From NCBI RefSeq assembly GCF_056712565.1, contig NZ_CM160072.1: DNA of 64,000 bases. The stretch is one strand, 5' to 3'. The position numbers and the translations under genes are program-made. Positions 20,041-31,065 of this stretch are shown here, piece after piece; within the stretch, counting starts at the first letter, position 1; every line of letters starts with the position of its first letter. Under the pieces are notes generated by a model. It was given only the letters and a program-made list of their open reading frames with translations, ran no database searches and had not been told where the DNA came from.

Positions 20041-21087
20041 ATGATAGAAATGAAAAATAACACGCCATTTCCTTTGTTGTCATTTGAAAAATATGGTCGT
20101 TATGGTCTTTTGTTTGATGTTATTGCTATTAAAATGTCATTGCGAATTAAAAATGGATTTTATGCTGATCTTGCTGAGTTTCAAAAAGAATTGTCCATGT
20201 CTGATGAATACTATGGGGAGTCTGAAACAAGTAGTCTAAAATCTGAAACAGACTTAGTTCTTTGTAAAAGAAATACAGATATTCACGTGACAGGTAGTGC
20301 TCATGCCCCTTCAGGGGATAAGTCTCAGTGGAAGGCTTGTGTGAGGGTTAATAGTTTTTCTAAAGAACTGAGTTTATCTGGTGTCCGCTACTTACAATAT
20401 GAGCGAAATCGTTGGCAGATGAGCTTACCAGATAAAATTATTAATGTTCCTCTACGCTATGAGCTTGCTTACGGTGGTATTTGGCAACCAGATGGTATGG
20501 AGAAATTGGTTTTTTCAGCAAACCCTGTAGGTTGTGGATATTATCCTGATATTTCTCAACTTAATACAAGTTGTCAATATAAACTCCCACAAATAACCAG
20601 CTCTGCTTTGTCAGAAAACGCTACCATTTTTAATGGGGAATCTGACTTTTTTCAAGGTGTTGGCCCTGTATCTCGATGGTGGAAAAGTCGCCTCCAGTAT
20701 GCAGGAACCTACAATGAAGTATGGCGTGAAAAGCGCTATCCCTATTTGCCGGATGATTTTGATGAGCGGTTCTACAATAGTGCTCATCCGGATATGATAT
20801 ACACGGGGTTTCTCTCTGGCGATGAAAACATCTCTCTTGAAGGTTTTTTTAAATTTGAACAGGTTGTTAAGACAAAATTGCCAGGTATACGACCTGTACT
20901 TATATTAAAAACCAAGCATAATACATCACATATGTTCTTACCTGTTGCGGATACAATGGTTATCGATTTAAGTCGACAGGAAATATACCTTACCTGGAGA
21001 TTAACAATACCTGATTTTTTTGGAATGAAAGAAGGAGTGCTGAGTTGTATTATTCCTGAATGTATAGGGAAAAAATATTATGGGTAA
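20041..21087 (+). CDS. Putative T6SS effector adaptor/chaperone (DUF2169-like by synteny)
   Basis: 348-aa ORF between vgrG and a PAAR-like toxin; overlaps the toxin start by 8 nt; family assignment is inference from position and size, not a motif match. Confidence 0.55.
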   Translation: MIEMKNNTPFPLLSFEKYGRYGLLFDVIAIKMSLRIKNGFYADLAEFQKELSMSDEYYGESETSSLKSETDLVLCKRNTDIHVTGSAHAPSGDKSQWKACVRVNSFSKELSLSGVRYLQYERNRWQMSLPDKIINVPLRYELAYGGIWQPDGMEKLVFSANPVGCGYYPDISQLNTSCQYKLPQITSSALSENATIFNGESDFFQGVGPVSRWWKSRLQYAGTYNEVWREKRYPYLPDDFDERFYNSAHPDMIYTGFLSGDENISLEGFFKFEQVVKTKLPGIRPVLILKTKHNTSHMFLPVADTMVIDLSRQEIYLTWRLTIPDFFGMKEGVLSCIIPECIGKKYYG

Positions 21088-22519
21088 CTATCATATCGGG
21101 GATGGTGAATGTAGATTTAGAGTCGTGTGTTCTTCACCAGATGTATGTGAAGTAGGAGGTTACAAGGTTCCTTTTGACAGTTACCAGACTTTAGATAGTG
21201 AAAGACAGTACAGTTCAACGGTATGGGCGCGTGGATGCAGAGCTTTAAATGTTGGTTCAGTGATTGCTGGAACTCAAAGTAATGCCGGTAAAGGTGTCAT
21301 ATCCGGTACATCTCAAGGAACGGGTGACTGTGTTATTTTAACGGGAAGTCCGACTGTAACAATAGAAGGGAAACCTGTTGCTTATCATGGTTCAGTTGTT
21401 GGGATTAATAACCACAACTGCCTTGGTAAATTGTATACCAAAATAAAATCACCAATGATTTCTGTCATTGATAGAACTTTTAATTATGAAAGGACTGCTG
21501 AAGTAATACACGATTTACTGCTTCTGAAGGATCTCCTCTCTGTTGGTAATATTTTTGACGGAGATATTTCACCTGAGGTTAAAAATGATTTATTTCAAAT
21601 AAAAGATCCTGACCAATCATGGGGGGAGTTTTTTTCAATAAAGAATATCAGAGAATCTCTCAGGAATGGTATTGAAGGAGATAAATCTCAGATCAGAGAA
21701 TGGTTTGGAGAGAACACACTTACTCAAATGGGGAATGGAGCAATCACCACTTTACATGGTGTGGCGGATTTAGCCTTAGTTACATTCGATGCTCTGTTAG
21801 ATACGGCAACGGCAACGGTTGCTTGCCCGATAGGCGAAGATGGGTTATGTGAACAGGCAAATATAAATTTAAATGAAAAAGAACAGGCTTTATTTAATAT
21901 TAGTAATTCATTGATAAATGGGCAAGCATGGGATGCACTTAAAAAAATGATAATGGATACAAATAATGGTGATCAGATTGCTCTGGTGCATTTTGCCAGC
22001 TTTTTATGGGGCTTTATGATACCCGCAAAAATACCAGAAGAAAATATCTCTGGGAAAGTATTTGTAGAGCCAGTAGTTTTAGAAGGTGGTGCTGGTGGCA
22101 ATTGGACAGTATTTGATGAGGTTTTAGATTCAAATGTAATAAAGCAATTGACTTTAACAGGCTGTGGAGCGGCCTGTGGGGAAATGTTGCTTAGGGATAG
22201 GTATATTTTTGTCACGCAAAATGTAATTGGAACAGAATTAACATCTATGACGTCGCTGGCAAACAAGCTTAATAAATTTGATGTCGGCTGGGAAGGGAAT
22301 GCAGTGAGCGAATCTAGTTTATATGCCCTCAGTAATACTGGTTCATGGGGAGCAATGATGTGGGATTCTGGAAGTAAAGTAGGGCATTGGGTACTTGTTA
22401 AGGGTGTTGATGATGCTGGGAATGTGATAATATATGATCCATATCAAGGGAGTCGATATCTGATGACTGAACAGGAATTTAAGGAGGTATGGAATGGGCA
22501 TAGTGTTTACAAACCATAA
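21080..22519 (+). CDS. T6SS effector: N-terminal PAAR-like (DUF4150-type) domain fused to C-terminal papain-like/C39-like cysteine peptidase toxin domain
   Basis: N-terminus (SSPDVCEV...GSPTVTIEGKPVAYHGS...NNHNC) fits PAAR-like pattern; C-terminus has Cys (GCGAACGEML), His (GHWVLVKG) and Asp (IYDPYQG) in C39-like order and spacing; AT-rich gene. Confidence 0.65.
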   Translation: MGNYHIGDGECRFRVVCSSPDVCEVGGYKVPFDSYQTLDSERQYSSTVWARGCRALNVGSVIAGTQSNAGKGVISGTSQGTGDCVILTGSPTVTIEGKPVAYHGSVVGINNHNCLGKLYTKIKSPMISVIDRTFNYERTAEVIHDLLLLKDLLSVGNIFDGDISPEVKNDLFQIKDPDQSWGEFFSIKNIRESLRNGIEGDKSQIREWFGENTLTQMGNGAITTLHGVADLALVTFDALLDTATATVACPIGEDGLCEQANINLNEKEQALFNISNSLINGQAWDALKKMIMDTNNGDQIALVHFASFLWGFMIPAKIPEENISGKVFVEPVVLEGGAGGNWTVFDEVLDSNVIKQLTLTGCGAACGEMLLRDRYIFVTQNVIGTELTSMTSLANKLNKFDVGWEGNAVSESSLYALSNTGSWGAMMWDSGSKVGHWVLVKGVDDAGNVIIYDPYQGSRYLMTEQEFKEVWNGHSVYKP

Positions 22520-22784
22520 TATTGATTTGTTATCGGTTGAATTTGATGAGATTACAAAAAATTGTAATTACACTTTTAGTGTAGATGGAGAGACGGCTAT
22601 CTTTACTGCTAGAATATCAATAATAAGAAATATAAAGGGAATTAAATATAGCGAAGAACTTGATAAATTTATAATGTCAATAATGCCATTGCAGCCTAAA
22701 GTATCAAAAATTTTGGGAGGTGTTACTTGGGATTGTATTTGTGGTAAGGAAGTTGGATTTCCTGTGAGATTAATTGGTAAGTGA
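22494..22784 (+). CDS. Putative cognate immunity protein
   Basis: 96-aa ORF with AAGGAGG 5 nt upstream of ATG 22494, overlapping the toxin 3' end by 26 nt; typical effector-immunity arrangement. Confidence 0.55.
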   Translation: MGIVFTNHNIDLLSVEFDEITKNCNYTFSVDGETAIFTARISIIRNIKGIKYSEELDKFIMSIMPLQPKVSKILGGVTWDCICGKEVGFPVRLIGK

Positions 22785-23041
22785 AGGGTGGTGAGGTATT
22801 TCTATATTTTTTTCGTGAAAGTCTTTAAAACTGAAATTATCTTGTTGGGAGCCCAAGGTGAGATCATAAAACGTATTATTTTATAAATATTGTTATGCAG
22901 GGAAAGGTCAAGTAATGCTGCTTTTTTGTACTAAATAATTCGCATTTTATGTTCAATAATTGAGGTGTTCCTTATTACCTAAAGCTGTTTTTCATTGCTT
23001 ATACATGATCAAATACTCATTGCCTAATTAAGGGGGACAAA

Positions 23042-23806
23042 ATGGAACTTAAAAAATTGATGGAACATATTTCTATTATTCCCGATTACAGGCAAGCCTG
23101 GAAAGTGGAACATAAATTGCCAGATATTCTATCTGTTAACTATTTGCGCCGTTATTTCTGGTGCATAATGCTGGGAAGATATAGAGGATTTGGGGAAACA
23201 CATCTCGATTTTTTGAAGTGATATGGTGATTTTGAAAATGGTATTCCTGTTCACGATATCATTGCCAGAGTTGTATCCTGTATCAGTCCTGCAAAATTTC
23301 ATGAGTGCTTTATTAACTGGATGCGTGACTGCCATTCCTCAGATGATAAAGATGTCATTGCAATTGATGGAAAAACGCTTCGGCACTCTTATGACAAGAG
23401 TCGCCGCAAGGGAGCGATTTATGTCATTAAAATCCGTCTTCATATTATTTGCGATGTCCCTGATGAACTTATTGATTTCACGTTTGAATGGAAAGAGCTG
23501 AAGAAATTATGCATGGCAGTCTCCTTTCGTTCAATAATAACAGAACAAAAGAAAGAGCCAGAAATGACGGACAGATATTATAGCATTTCTGCTGATTTAA
23601 CCGCAGAGAAGTTCGCCACAGCGAACCGAAATCACTGGTACGTGGAGAATAAGCTGCACTGGCATCTGGACGTGGTAATGAATAAAGACGACTGCAAAAT
23701 AAGAAGAGGAAATGCAGCAGAATTATTTTCAGGGATACGGAAGATCGCTATTAATATTTTAACGAAAGATAAGATACTCAAGGCAGGGGCAAGATGTAAG
23801 ATGTGA
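23042..23806 (+). pseudogene. Degraded H-repeat-associated (ISAs1-family) transposase: frameshift/stop after ~59 codons and internal deletion
   Basis: Frames give [26 protein letters not shown]... then [11 protein letters not shown]...[37 protein letters not shown] followed directly by C-terminal region ([19 protein letters not shown]...[13 protein letters not shown]...); broken into ORFs 23042..23220, 23223..23501, 23321..23806. Confidence 0.7.
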
Positions 23807-24034
23807 AAAGCAGCTGCGGACAGAGACTACCTCGCGTCAGTCCTTGCGGGGGCGGGCTTTCGTATTCTTGCTCTGCAAGGGATGATAAAAAGTGCAACTT
23901 TATTCCACGCAGCTATTTAGACAGCGTACAGTAAACAAACGAAAGTTGTTATTTCAATGGTCAGGGCAAGAGCATGAAGTGTTTACTACACACTATGCTC
24001 TTGTCCTGGAGTCAGGTCTTGTTTGGAGGGATAA

Positions 24035-24538
24035 ATGGTAGATATTGTCGAGGCCGATAAAACGGATATTTATTTCATTCAGGAGAGTGTTTATGGCAAA
24101 ATCGGGTTGCCAGCTTTTGGTAATACAATAGGACCATCCGCACAGCAAGTTGTTAAAAAGGTATTCGCTGTCGTTAAAGAACGAGATAAGACACATGCAA
24201 AACAGAGATTATTGTTGGAATATAATGGTAACAAACTCTGGATGAATGCTATTGATGGCAGTGAAGCTATCCTACCAACAGAATTTTCTAAGCGATACGA
24301 ACTTTCATTATTCAATACTACTAATTTTGGAGAAGATCCTTTTCCTGATGTTAATTTATATAATAATATGAAATCAAGTTTTTTTGTAAGGTTTGGTGGA
24401 ACATCCCATCCCGAGGCTTGGGCTATTTATAATGCAAGTACGAAAGAGGTTAAATATATAGAAACTGCAAGAGAAATTGATAAAATATTCAGTGATTTTA
24501 ACTTGAGTGGTACATTGCCAATTCACATTGGTCAATGA
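24035..24538 (+). CDS. Hypothetical protein (possible orphan immunity/toxin-associated gene)
   Basis: 167-aa ORF with GGAGGG 4 nt upstream of ATG; AT-rich; lies between two H-repeat remnants. Confidence 0.5.
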   Translation: MVDIVEADKTDIYFIQESVYGKIGLPAFGNTIGPSAQQVVKKVFAVVKERDKTHAKQRLLLEYNGNKLWMNAIDGSEAILPTEFSKRYELSLFNTTNFGEDPFPDVNLYNNMKSSFFVRFGGTSHPEAWAIYNASTKEVKYIETAREIDKIFSDFNLSGTLPIHIGQ

Positions 24539-24607
24539 TTTTTTAAATTGTGTGATTAAATAATTGAACATTAATGATGATTTATAGCATCATTATTATT
24601 CTATAAC

Positions 24608-25120
24608 ATGAATAAACGGATTGAATGTGTTATGTTAAAAATGAGTTTATACGTAATAATATTGTTATTTTCCCTTCAGTTTAGTGCAGCCATTACTGGC
24701 AAGGAAAGTGAGGTTGTTTCACCATTATTAATGGATGTTAATCCTTCACTAACAATGGAAAATATTTCTGAATTATCCACATCATCGGAACCATCGCAAC
24801 AGGGGGTATTTCCTGTAATATGTACTCGACTTCATCCTGGCTCCGTAATGAAACGTCAGTTATTAACCGGCTGGGGGCCTGTTTTTATAATTGGTGATGA
24901 TCCTTTTTCTCTGCGCTGGATGAGTGAACATCTGGAGATCCTTAAATCGCTAAATGCCCTTGGTTTGGTTGTTAATGTTGAATCAGTAGAACGAATGGAG
25001 GTATTACAGCAGCGGGCTGATGGGTTATTGTTATTGCCAGTTATCTGCGATAATTTTGTGCAAGCTCTGCAATTAAATGCTTATCCGGTATTAATCACAG
25101 AGATGGAAATATCACAATGA
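24608..25120 (+). CDS. Hypothetical exported protein (N-terminal signal-like segment)
   Basis: 170-aa ORF; hydrophobic N-terminus (MSLYVIILLFSLQFSAA); start codon uncertain (24608, 24632 or 24641); no clear RBS. Confidence 0.4.
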   Translation: MNKRIECVMLKMSLYVIILLFSLQFSAAITGKESEVVSPLLMDVNPSLTMENISELSTSSEPSQQGVFPVICTRLHPGSVMKRQLLTGWGPVFIIGDDPFSLRWMSEHLEILKSLNALGLVVNVESVERMEVLQQRADGLLLLPVICDNFVQALQLNAYPVLITEMEISQ

Positions 25121-25146
25121 TTAATAACATAATTACTGCTAATAAT

Positions 25147-25345
25147 ATGGTGATTTTGAAAATGGTAATCCTGTTCACGACACCATAATCAGAGTTATGT
25201 CCTGTATCCGTTCAGTAAAATTTCACGAATGCTTTATTAACCGGATGCGTGAATGTCATTCTTCAGACGACATAGACGTCATTGCGATTGATGGAAAAGC
25301 ACTTCCACACTCCTGTGATAAAAGTCGTCGCAGGAGAGCGGGCTT
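25147..25345 (+). pseudogene. Second H-repeat (ISAs1-family) fragment, covering the same N-proximal segment and ending at the same internal position as the first copy
   Basis: atggtgattttgaaaatggta... repeats the 23220-23420 region; encodes ...[38 protein letters not shown] then diverges. Confidence 0.6.
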
Positions 25346-25390
25346 TCGTAGTCTTCCCCGACTCTCCCCGGCCCTAAACACAACCCCCAC

Positions 25391-26161
25391 TCACCACAAC
25401 CTAAACTCATCCGCATCCCGCCATGCCGGAAACTTTTCTCTATATTCCCGCAATGCCATCATCGACAGCTCCGCATCAATGCGCGTTGCCTGATGCGCGT
25501 CGGCAGTAGCGATAATCTCGCCTTGCGGATTAATCACCCGGCTGTCACCGCGATAATGGCAGCCGTTGCCATCGCTGCCGACGCGATTGCATCCCGCCAC
25601 ATACGCTTGATTCTCAATCGCGCGGGCTGTCAGCAATGCCTGCCAGTGCAGAGAGCGCGGAGCAGGCCAGTTGGCGACGTACAGGGCGAGGTCATAATCG
25701 TTGAGATTGCGCGACCACACCGGAAAACGTAAGTCGTAGCACACCAGCGGCAAAATACGCCAGCCGCGCCATTCCACAATCACTCGCGCATTGCCCGCTT
25801 TATAATGTAGATGCTCATCTGCCATGCGGAACAGATGACGCTTATCATAAAAATGTACCGTGCCGCCCGGCTCAACCAGCAAAAAGCGGTTAACCGAACC
25901 AGACTCCGTTTGTAATGCAACACTGCCTGCAATCAGCGCATTGCACTGCTGCGCTTTAGCGGTCATCCAGTTCACTACGTCATCTTGTGCTAGCGACGAA
26001 GCTGCCGCTTCCATGGCAAAGCCGCTGGTAAACATCTCCGGTAGAACGATCACATCGCGCCCGGTAATACCTTCCAGTTGACGATCAAAATGGCGCAGGT
26101 TGGCAGGACCATCCATCCACACCAGTGGTTGCTGCAAAAGCGTAATCTTCAAACCAGGCAC
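25391..26161 (-). CDS. yafV: Omega-amidase / carbon-nitrogen hydrolase YafV
   Basis: ORF track 25391..26170 (TTG); GTG at 26161 with AAGGAG upstream gives 256 aa; nitrilase-family sequence. Confidence 0.9.
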   Translation of the reverse strand: MPGLKITLLQQPLVWMDGPANLRHFDRQLEGITGRDVIVLPEMFTSGFAMEAAASSLAQDDVVNWMTAKAQQCNALIAGSVALQTESGSVNRFLLVEPGGTVHFYDKRHLFRMADEHLHYKAGNARVIVEWRGWRILPLVCYDLRFPVWSRNLNDYDLALYVANWPAPRSLHWQALLTARAIENQAYVAGCNRVGSDGNGCHYRGDSRVINPQGEIIATADAHQATRIDAELSMMALREYREKFPAWRDADEFRLW

Positions 26162-26314
26162 GGTGTACAACTCCTTTATGCGAAGGGTTTTATAACTCTA
26201 ACACCTTATCAGGCAGTTGCCTTAGCGCAGAATAAATTGATAACAAATGCTGATATTGGAAATATCTGATTTGCAAATTATCGTGTTATCGCCAGGCTTT
26301 AGGGAGTTAATCAC

Positions 26315-26788
26315 ATGGGCAGGATAAGCCCGGGAGGAATGATGTTTAAGGCAATAACGACAGTCGCCGCTCTGGTCATCGCCACCAGTGCAATGGCGCA
26401 GGATGATTTAACCATTAGCAGTCTTGCAAAGGGCGAAACCACCAAAGCGGCGTTTAATCAGATGGTGCAAGGGCATAAGCTGCCTGCCTGGGTGATGAAA
26501 GGCGGTACTTATACTCCCGCACAAACCGTGACTTTGGGAGATGAGACGTATCAGGTGATGAGCGCGTGCAAACCGCATGACTGTGGCTCGCAACGTATCG
26601 CTGTGATGTGGTCCGAGAAATCTAATCAGATGACGGGGCTGTTCTCGACTATTGATGAGAAAACGTCGCAAGAGAAACTCACCTGGTTGAATGTGAACGA
26701 TGCGCTTTCGATTGATGGCAAAACGGTGCTGTTCGCGGCGTTGACCGGCAGCCTGGAAAACCATCCGGATGGCTTTAATTTTAAATAA
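26315..26788 (+). CDS. ivy: Inhibitor of vertebrate lysozyme Ivy
   Basis: 157-aa ORF with signal peptide; AGGGAG 8 nt upstream; matches my recollection of the E. coli Ivy sequence. Confidence 0.9.
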   Translation: MGRISPGGMMFKAITTVAALVIATSAMAQDDLTISSLAKGETTKAAFNQMVQGHKLPAWVMKGGTYTPAQTVTLGDETYQVMSACKPHDCGSQRIAVMWSEKSNQMTGLFSTIDEKTSQEKLTWLNVNDALSIDGKTVLFAALTGSLENHPDGFNFK

Positions 26789-26802
26789 TTAGCCGATAAA
26801 AA

Positions 26803-26824
26803 AACGGAGCCGAAAGGCTCCGTT
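26803..26824 (-). terminator. Terminator hairpin downstream of fadE (T-tract on minus strand)
   Basis: aacggagcc-gaaa-ggctccgtt stem-loop, flanked by an A-run on plus (T-run on minus). Confidence 0.65.
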
Positions 26825-26830
26825 ATTCAA

Positions 26831-29275
26831 TTACGCGGCTTCAACTTTCCGCACTTTCTCCGGCAACTTTACCGGCTTCGTCGCCAGCTCTTCTGGATCA
26901 AAGTCATCAACGTTAATACTGCGTAAACGGCTTTCTTCAGCTTTTACCAGAATAGCGGCTTCATCTTTATCAATCAGCCCCTTCGCCAGCGCGTTGTGCG
27001 CCAGTTCATCCAGACGGGTAAACGGCAGGTTTTTACCCAACTCTTTACAGATCCGCTGATGAATCGGGTCGGCGGCAATCACATCCACCAGCGCCTCTTC
27101 CAGTAAACCAACCGGGTTATGCTCGCTTGGCGTCAGGTACTGACCGCGACCAATACGTGAACGAGTGGCGTTCGGTACTTGTAAAATCTTCGCCACTTTA
27201 TGATCCAGCTTGTCAGACGGTGCCAGGTAATGACGTCCGGTCGGGAAGATCACCACATTCAGCAGCCCGGCAACCACACGGTTCGGGAAGTTTTGCAGTA
27301 AATCGTCCATCGCCTGTTCTGCCTGATACAGCGCATCCTGTACGCCCCAGTGCACCAGCGGCAGATCGGCTTCATTACGGCCTTCGTCGTCATAACGCTT
27401 CAGAACGGCAGAGGCGAGGTAAAGCTGGCTTAAAATATCCCCCAGACGGGCCGAGATACGCTCACGACGTTTCAGGCTGCCGCCCAGCACCGCCATCGAG
27501 ACATCAGAAAGCAGGGCGAGGTTGGCGCTCAGGCGGTTCAGGTGCTGATAGTAGCGTTTAGTGGCATCGCCGGTTGGTGTGCTGCTGGTTAAACCGCGCG
27601 TCAGGCCCAGCCAGAAGCTGCGAACTTTGTTGCTACCGACGTGACCGATATGTTTGAACAGCAGTTTATCGAACGCATTTACGTCATTGTTCTTCGCCGC
27701 TTCCATCTCTTCCAGCACGTACGGATGGCAACGAATTGCTCCTTGTCCGAAGATCATCATGCTGCGGGTCAGAATGTTAGCCCCTTCAACGGTGATGGCA
27801 ATCGGTGCGCCCTGGTAAGCACGGGCCAGGAAGTTGCTTTGCCCGAGCATAATGCCTTTGCCCCCGGTGATATCCATCGCATCAATAATCGACTGCTGCC
27901 CGCGGTGGGTACAGTGATACTTAACGATAGCCGACAGCACGGCAGGTTTTTCACCGAGCATAATGCCGTAGGTAATCAGCGATGCCGCAGCATCCATTAC
28001 ATAAGCGTTCCCGGCAATACGCGCCAGCGGCTCTTCAATCCCTTCCATCTTACCGATAGAGATTTTGAACTGCCGACGAATGTACGCATACGCGCCCGTT
28101 GCCAGCGCTACCGATTTCACGCCGCCGGTTGAGTTGGAAGGCAGGGTGATGCCGCGGCCTACCGAGAGGCACTCCACCAGCATCCGCCAGCCTTGCCCGG
28201 CCATTTTCGGCCCGCCGATGATGTAATCGATCGGCACGAACACATCTTTACCGCGCGTCGGTCCGTTCTGGAACGGTACGTTCAGCGGGAAGTGGCGACG
28301 ACCAATTTCCACGCCCGGCGTGGTGGTCGGGATCAGCGCACAGGTAATACCTAAATCTTCTGCACCGCCGAGTAATTTCTCCGGGTCGGAGAGTTTAAAC
28401 GCCAGACCAAGCACGGTCGCAATCGGTGCCAGCGTAATGTAGCGTTTGTTCCAGGTCAGACGCATCCCCATCACCTGCTGGCCCTGCCATTCGCCCATGC
28501 AGACAATCCCGGTATCCGGAATCGCGCCCGCATCGGAACCCGCTTCCGGGCTGGTCAGTGCAAAGCAAGGGATCTCCTGACCACGCGCCAGACGCGGCAG
28601 ATAGTGATTTTTCTGCTCGTCAGTGCCGTAATGTTGCAGCAGCTCGCCCGGGCCTAATGAGTTCGGCACGCCGACGGTAATCGCCAGGATCCCGCTCACG
28701 CCGGAGAGTTTTTGCAGCACGCGAGACTGGGCATAAGCCGAGAACTCCAGCCCGCCGTACTCTTTTTTGATGATCATCGCGAAGAAACGATGCTCTTTAA
28801 GGTACGCCCATAACTCCGGCGGCAGGTCCGCCAGCTCATGAGTAATCTGGAAATCATTCGCCATCCGGCAGGCTTCTTCTACCGGGCCGTCGAGAAACGC
28901 TTGCTCTTCTGCGGTCAGGCGCGGCTGCGGATAGTTATGCAGCTTTTTCCAGTCCGGCTTGCCCTGGAACAAGTCGCCCTCCCACCAGGTGGTGCCCGCA
29001 TCAATCGCTTCTTTCTCAGTGCGCGACATCGGCGGCATTACCTTACGGAAACCGCGAAATACCGGCGCGGAAATCATCGACTTACGCATAGGCGCAAAGT
29101 TAAATGGCACGAGGATAATGGCCAGAGGCACCAGTACCCACGCCGACCACAGACCAGCAACGCCGAGTGCGGCTGTCCAGGCGAGCAAAATCAGACTGCT
29201 GATAAATAAGCTCACGCGGTGATAGAACAATGCGCTGAGCAGGACAACCGTAGCGAGAATACTCAAAATCATCAT
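26831..29275 (-). CDS. fadE: Acyl-CoA dehydrogenase FadE
   Basis: ORF-track frame 26831..29353; start chosen at ATG 29275 (MMILSIL...) giving 814 aa. Confidence 0.9.
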   Translation of the reverse strand: MMILSILATVVLLSALFYHRVSLFISSLILLAWTAALGVAGLWSAWVLVPLAIILVPFNFAPMRKSMISAPVFRGFRKVMPPMSRTEKEAIDAGTTWWEGDLFQGKPDWKKLHNYPQPRLTAEEQAFLDGPVEEACRMANDFQITHELADLPPELWAYLKEHRFFAMIIKKEYGGLEFSAYAQSRVLQKLSGVSGILAITVGVPNSLGPGELLQHYGTDEQKNHYLPRLARGQEIPCFALTSPEAGSDAGAIPDTGIVCMGEWQGQQVMGMRLTWNKRYITLAPIATVLGLAFKLSDPEKLLGGAEDLGITCALIPTTTPGVEIGRRHFPLNVPFQNGPTRGKDVFVPIDYIIGGPKMAGQGWRMLVECLSVGRGITLPSNSTGGVKSVALATGAYAYIRRQFKISIGKMEGIEEPLARIAGNAYVMDAAASLITYGIMLGEKPAVLSAIVKYHCTHRGQQSIIDAMDITGGKGIMLGQSNFLARAYQGAPIAITVEGANILTRSMMIFGQGAIRCHPYVLEEMEAAKNNDVNAFDKLLFKHIGHVGSNKVRSFWLGLTRGLTSSTPTGDATKRYYQHLNRLSANLALLSDVSMAVLGGSLKRRERISARLGDILSQLYLASAVLKRYDDEGRNEADLPLVHWGVQDALYQAEQAMDDLLQNFPNRVVAGLLNVVIFPTGRHYLAPSDKLDHKVAKILQVPNATRSRIGRGQYLTPSEHNPVGLLEEALVDVIAADPIHQRICKELGKNLPFTRLDELAHNALAKGLIDKDEAAILVKAEESRLRSINVDDFDPEELATKPVKLPEKVRKVEAA

Positions 29276-29514
29276 AACGAAAAGCCCCTTACTTGTAGGA
29301 GGTCTGACCACTTGTGATGATATGGTTGTAGTGGATGTAAAAACATTTAGCAATGTGTTTACAATATAATTACAACAAAGCTCACATTGTTGCTGTTTTT
29401 ATCCGCACTTCAGGTCAAAAAGTCCTGGTCATAGCACCTGCCCGTACTTCTCGCTTTTGGTGGTATCCGGTACACTGCATTTTGTCTATTACTTTTATGC
29501 TGAAGGATATCCTC

Positions 29515-30093
29515 ATGTACCAGGATCTTATTCGTAATGAACTGAACGAAGCGGCGGAAACGCTGGCTAACTTTTTAAAAGATGACGCCAATATTCACGC
29601 CATTCAGCGCGCGGCGGTCCTGTTAGCAGACAGCTTTAAAGCCGGTGGCAAAGTGCTTTCCTGTGGCAACGGCGGCTCCCATTGCGACGCCATGCACTTT
29701 GCCGAAGAGTTGACCGGTCGCTACCGTGAAAACCGTCCGGGCTACCCGGCGATTGCCATTTCTGACGTTAGTCATATTTCCTGCGTCGGTAACGATTTTG
29801 GTTTCAATGATATTTTCTCCCGTTACGTTGAAGCGGTAGGTCGCGAAGGCGATGTACTGCTGGGGATCTCCACTTCCGGTAACTCTGCAAACGTGATCAA
29901 AGCGATCGCGGCGGCGCGTGAGAAGGGGATGAAAGTGATCACCCTGACCGGTAAAGACGGCGGCAAAATGGCTGGCACGGCGGATATTGAAATTCGCGTT
30001 CCGCACTTTGGTTATGCCGACCGCATTCAGGAGATCCACATTAAAGTGATCCATATCCTGATCCAGTTAATTGAAAAAGAGATGGTTAAGTAA
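29515..30093 (+). CDS. gmhA: Sedoheptulose-7-phosphate isomerase GmhA
   Basis: ORF-track frame 29353..30093; start at ATG 29515 ([10 protein letters not shown]...) gives 192 aa. Confidence 0.9.
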
Positions 30094-30098
30094 GTCTG

Positions 30099-30240
<142 letters not shown>

Positions 30241-30297
30241 ATTCTTAAATCAATCTTCGCCGGGGGCCATGCGCTCCCGCTGTTGTGGAGGTTACCC

Positions 30298-31065
30298 ATG
30301 TGCGAATTGCTCGGGATGAGCGCCAACGTCCCTACCGATATCTGCTTTAGTTTCACCGGACTTGTACAGCGTGGTGGTGGAACCGGGCCACATAAAGATG
30401 GCTGGGGCATTACCTTTTACGAAGGTAAAGGCTGTCGCACATTTAAAGATCCGCAACCCAGCTTTAATTCCCCCATCGCCAAACTTGTCCAGGACTACCC
30501 GATAAAATCCTGTTCGGTGTTGGCTCATATTCGCCAGGCTAATCGGGGCGAGGTGGCGCTGGAAAATACTCACCCGTTTACCCGCGAGTTATGGGGGCGT
30601 AACTGGACTTATGCCCATAATGGGCAACTGACGGGCTACAAATCACTGGAAACCGGCAACTTCCGCCCGGTCGGTGAAACCGATAGCGAAAAAGCCTTTT
30701 GCTGGCTCCTGCATAAATTAACGCAGCGTTACCCGCGCACACCGGGCAACATGGCGGCAGTGTTTAAATATATCGCCTCACTGGCGGATGAACTGCGGCA
30801 GAAGGGCGTTTTCAACATGCTACTTTCGGATGGGCGCTATGTAATGGCGTATTGCTCGACTAATTTACACTGGATCACCCGCCGCGCGCCGTTTGGCGTG
30901 GCAACGTTGCTGGATCAGGATGTGGAAATCGACTTCAGCTCGCAGACCACACCGAATGATGTGGTCACGGTGATTGCGACACAGCCGTTGACGGGCAATG
31001 AAACCTGGCAAAAGATTATGCCAGGTGAATGGCGCTTATTTTGCCTCGGGGAGTGTGTAGTTTGA
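30298..31065 (+). CDS. yafJ: Class II glutamine amidotransferase-like protein YafJ
   Basis: ORF-track frame 30283..31065; ATG 30298 ([11 protein letters not shown]...) with GGAGG 8 nt upstream; N-terminal Cys typical of class II GATase. Confidence 0.85.
   Translation: MCELLGMSANVPTDICFSFTGLVQRGGGTGPHKDGWGITFYEGKGCRTFKDPQPSFNSPIAKLVQDYPIKSCSVLAHIRQANRGEVALENTHPFTRELWGRNWTYAHNGQLTGYKSLETGNFRPVGETDSEKAFCWLLHKLTQRYPRTPGNMAAVFKYIASLADELRQKGVFNMLLSDGRYVMAYCSTNLHWITRRAPFGVATLLDQDVEIDFSSQTTPNDVVTVIATQPLTGNETWQKIMPGEWRLFCLGECVV

Noticed and set aside
26408..26764. 118-aa minus-strand ORF
   Set aside because: Antisense to ivy.
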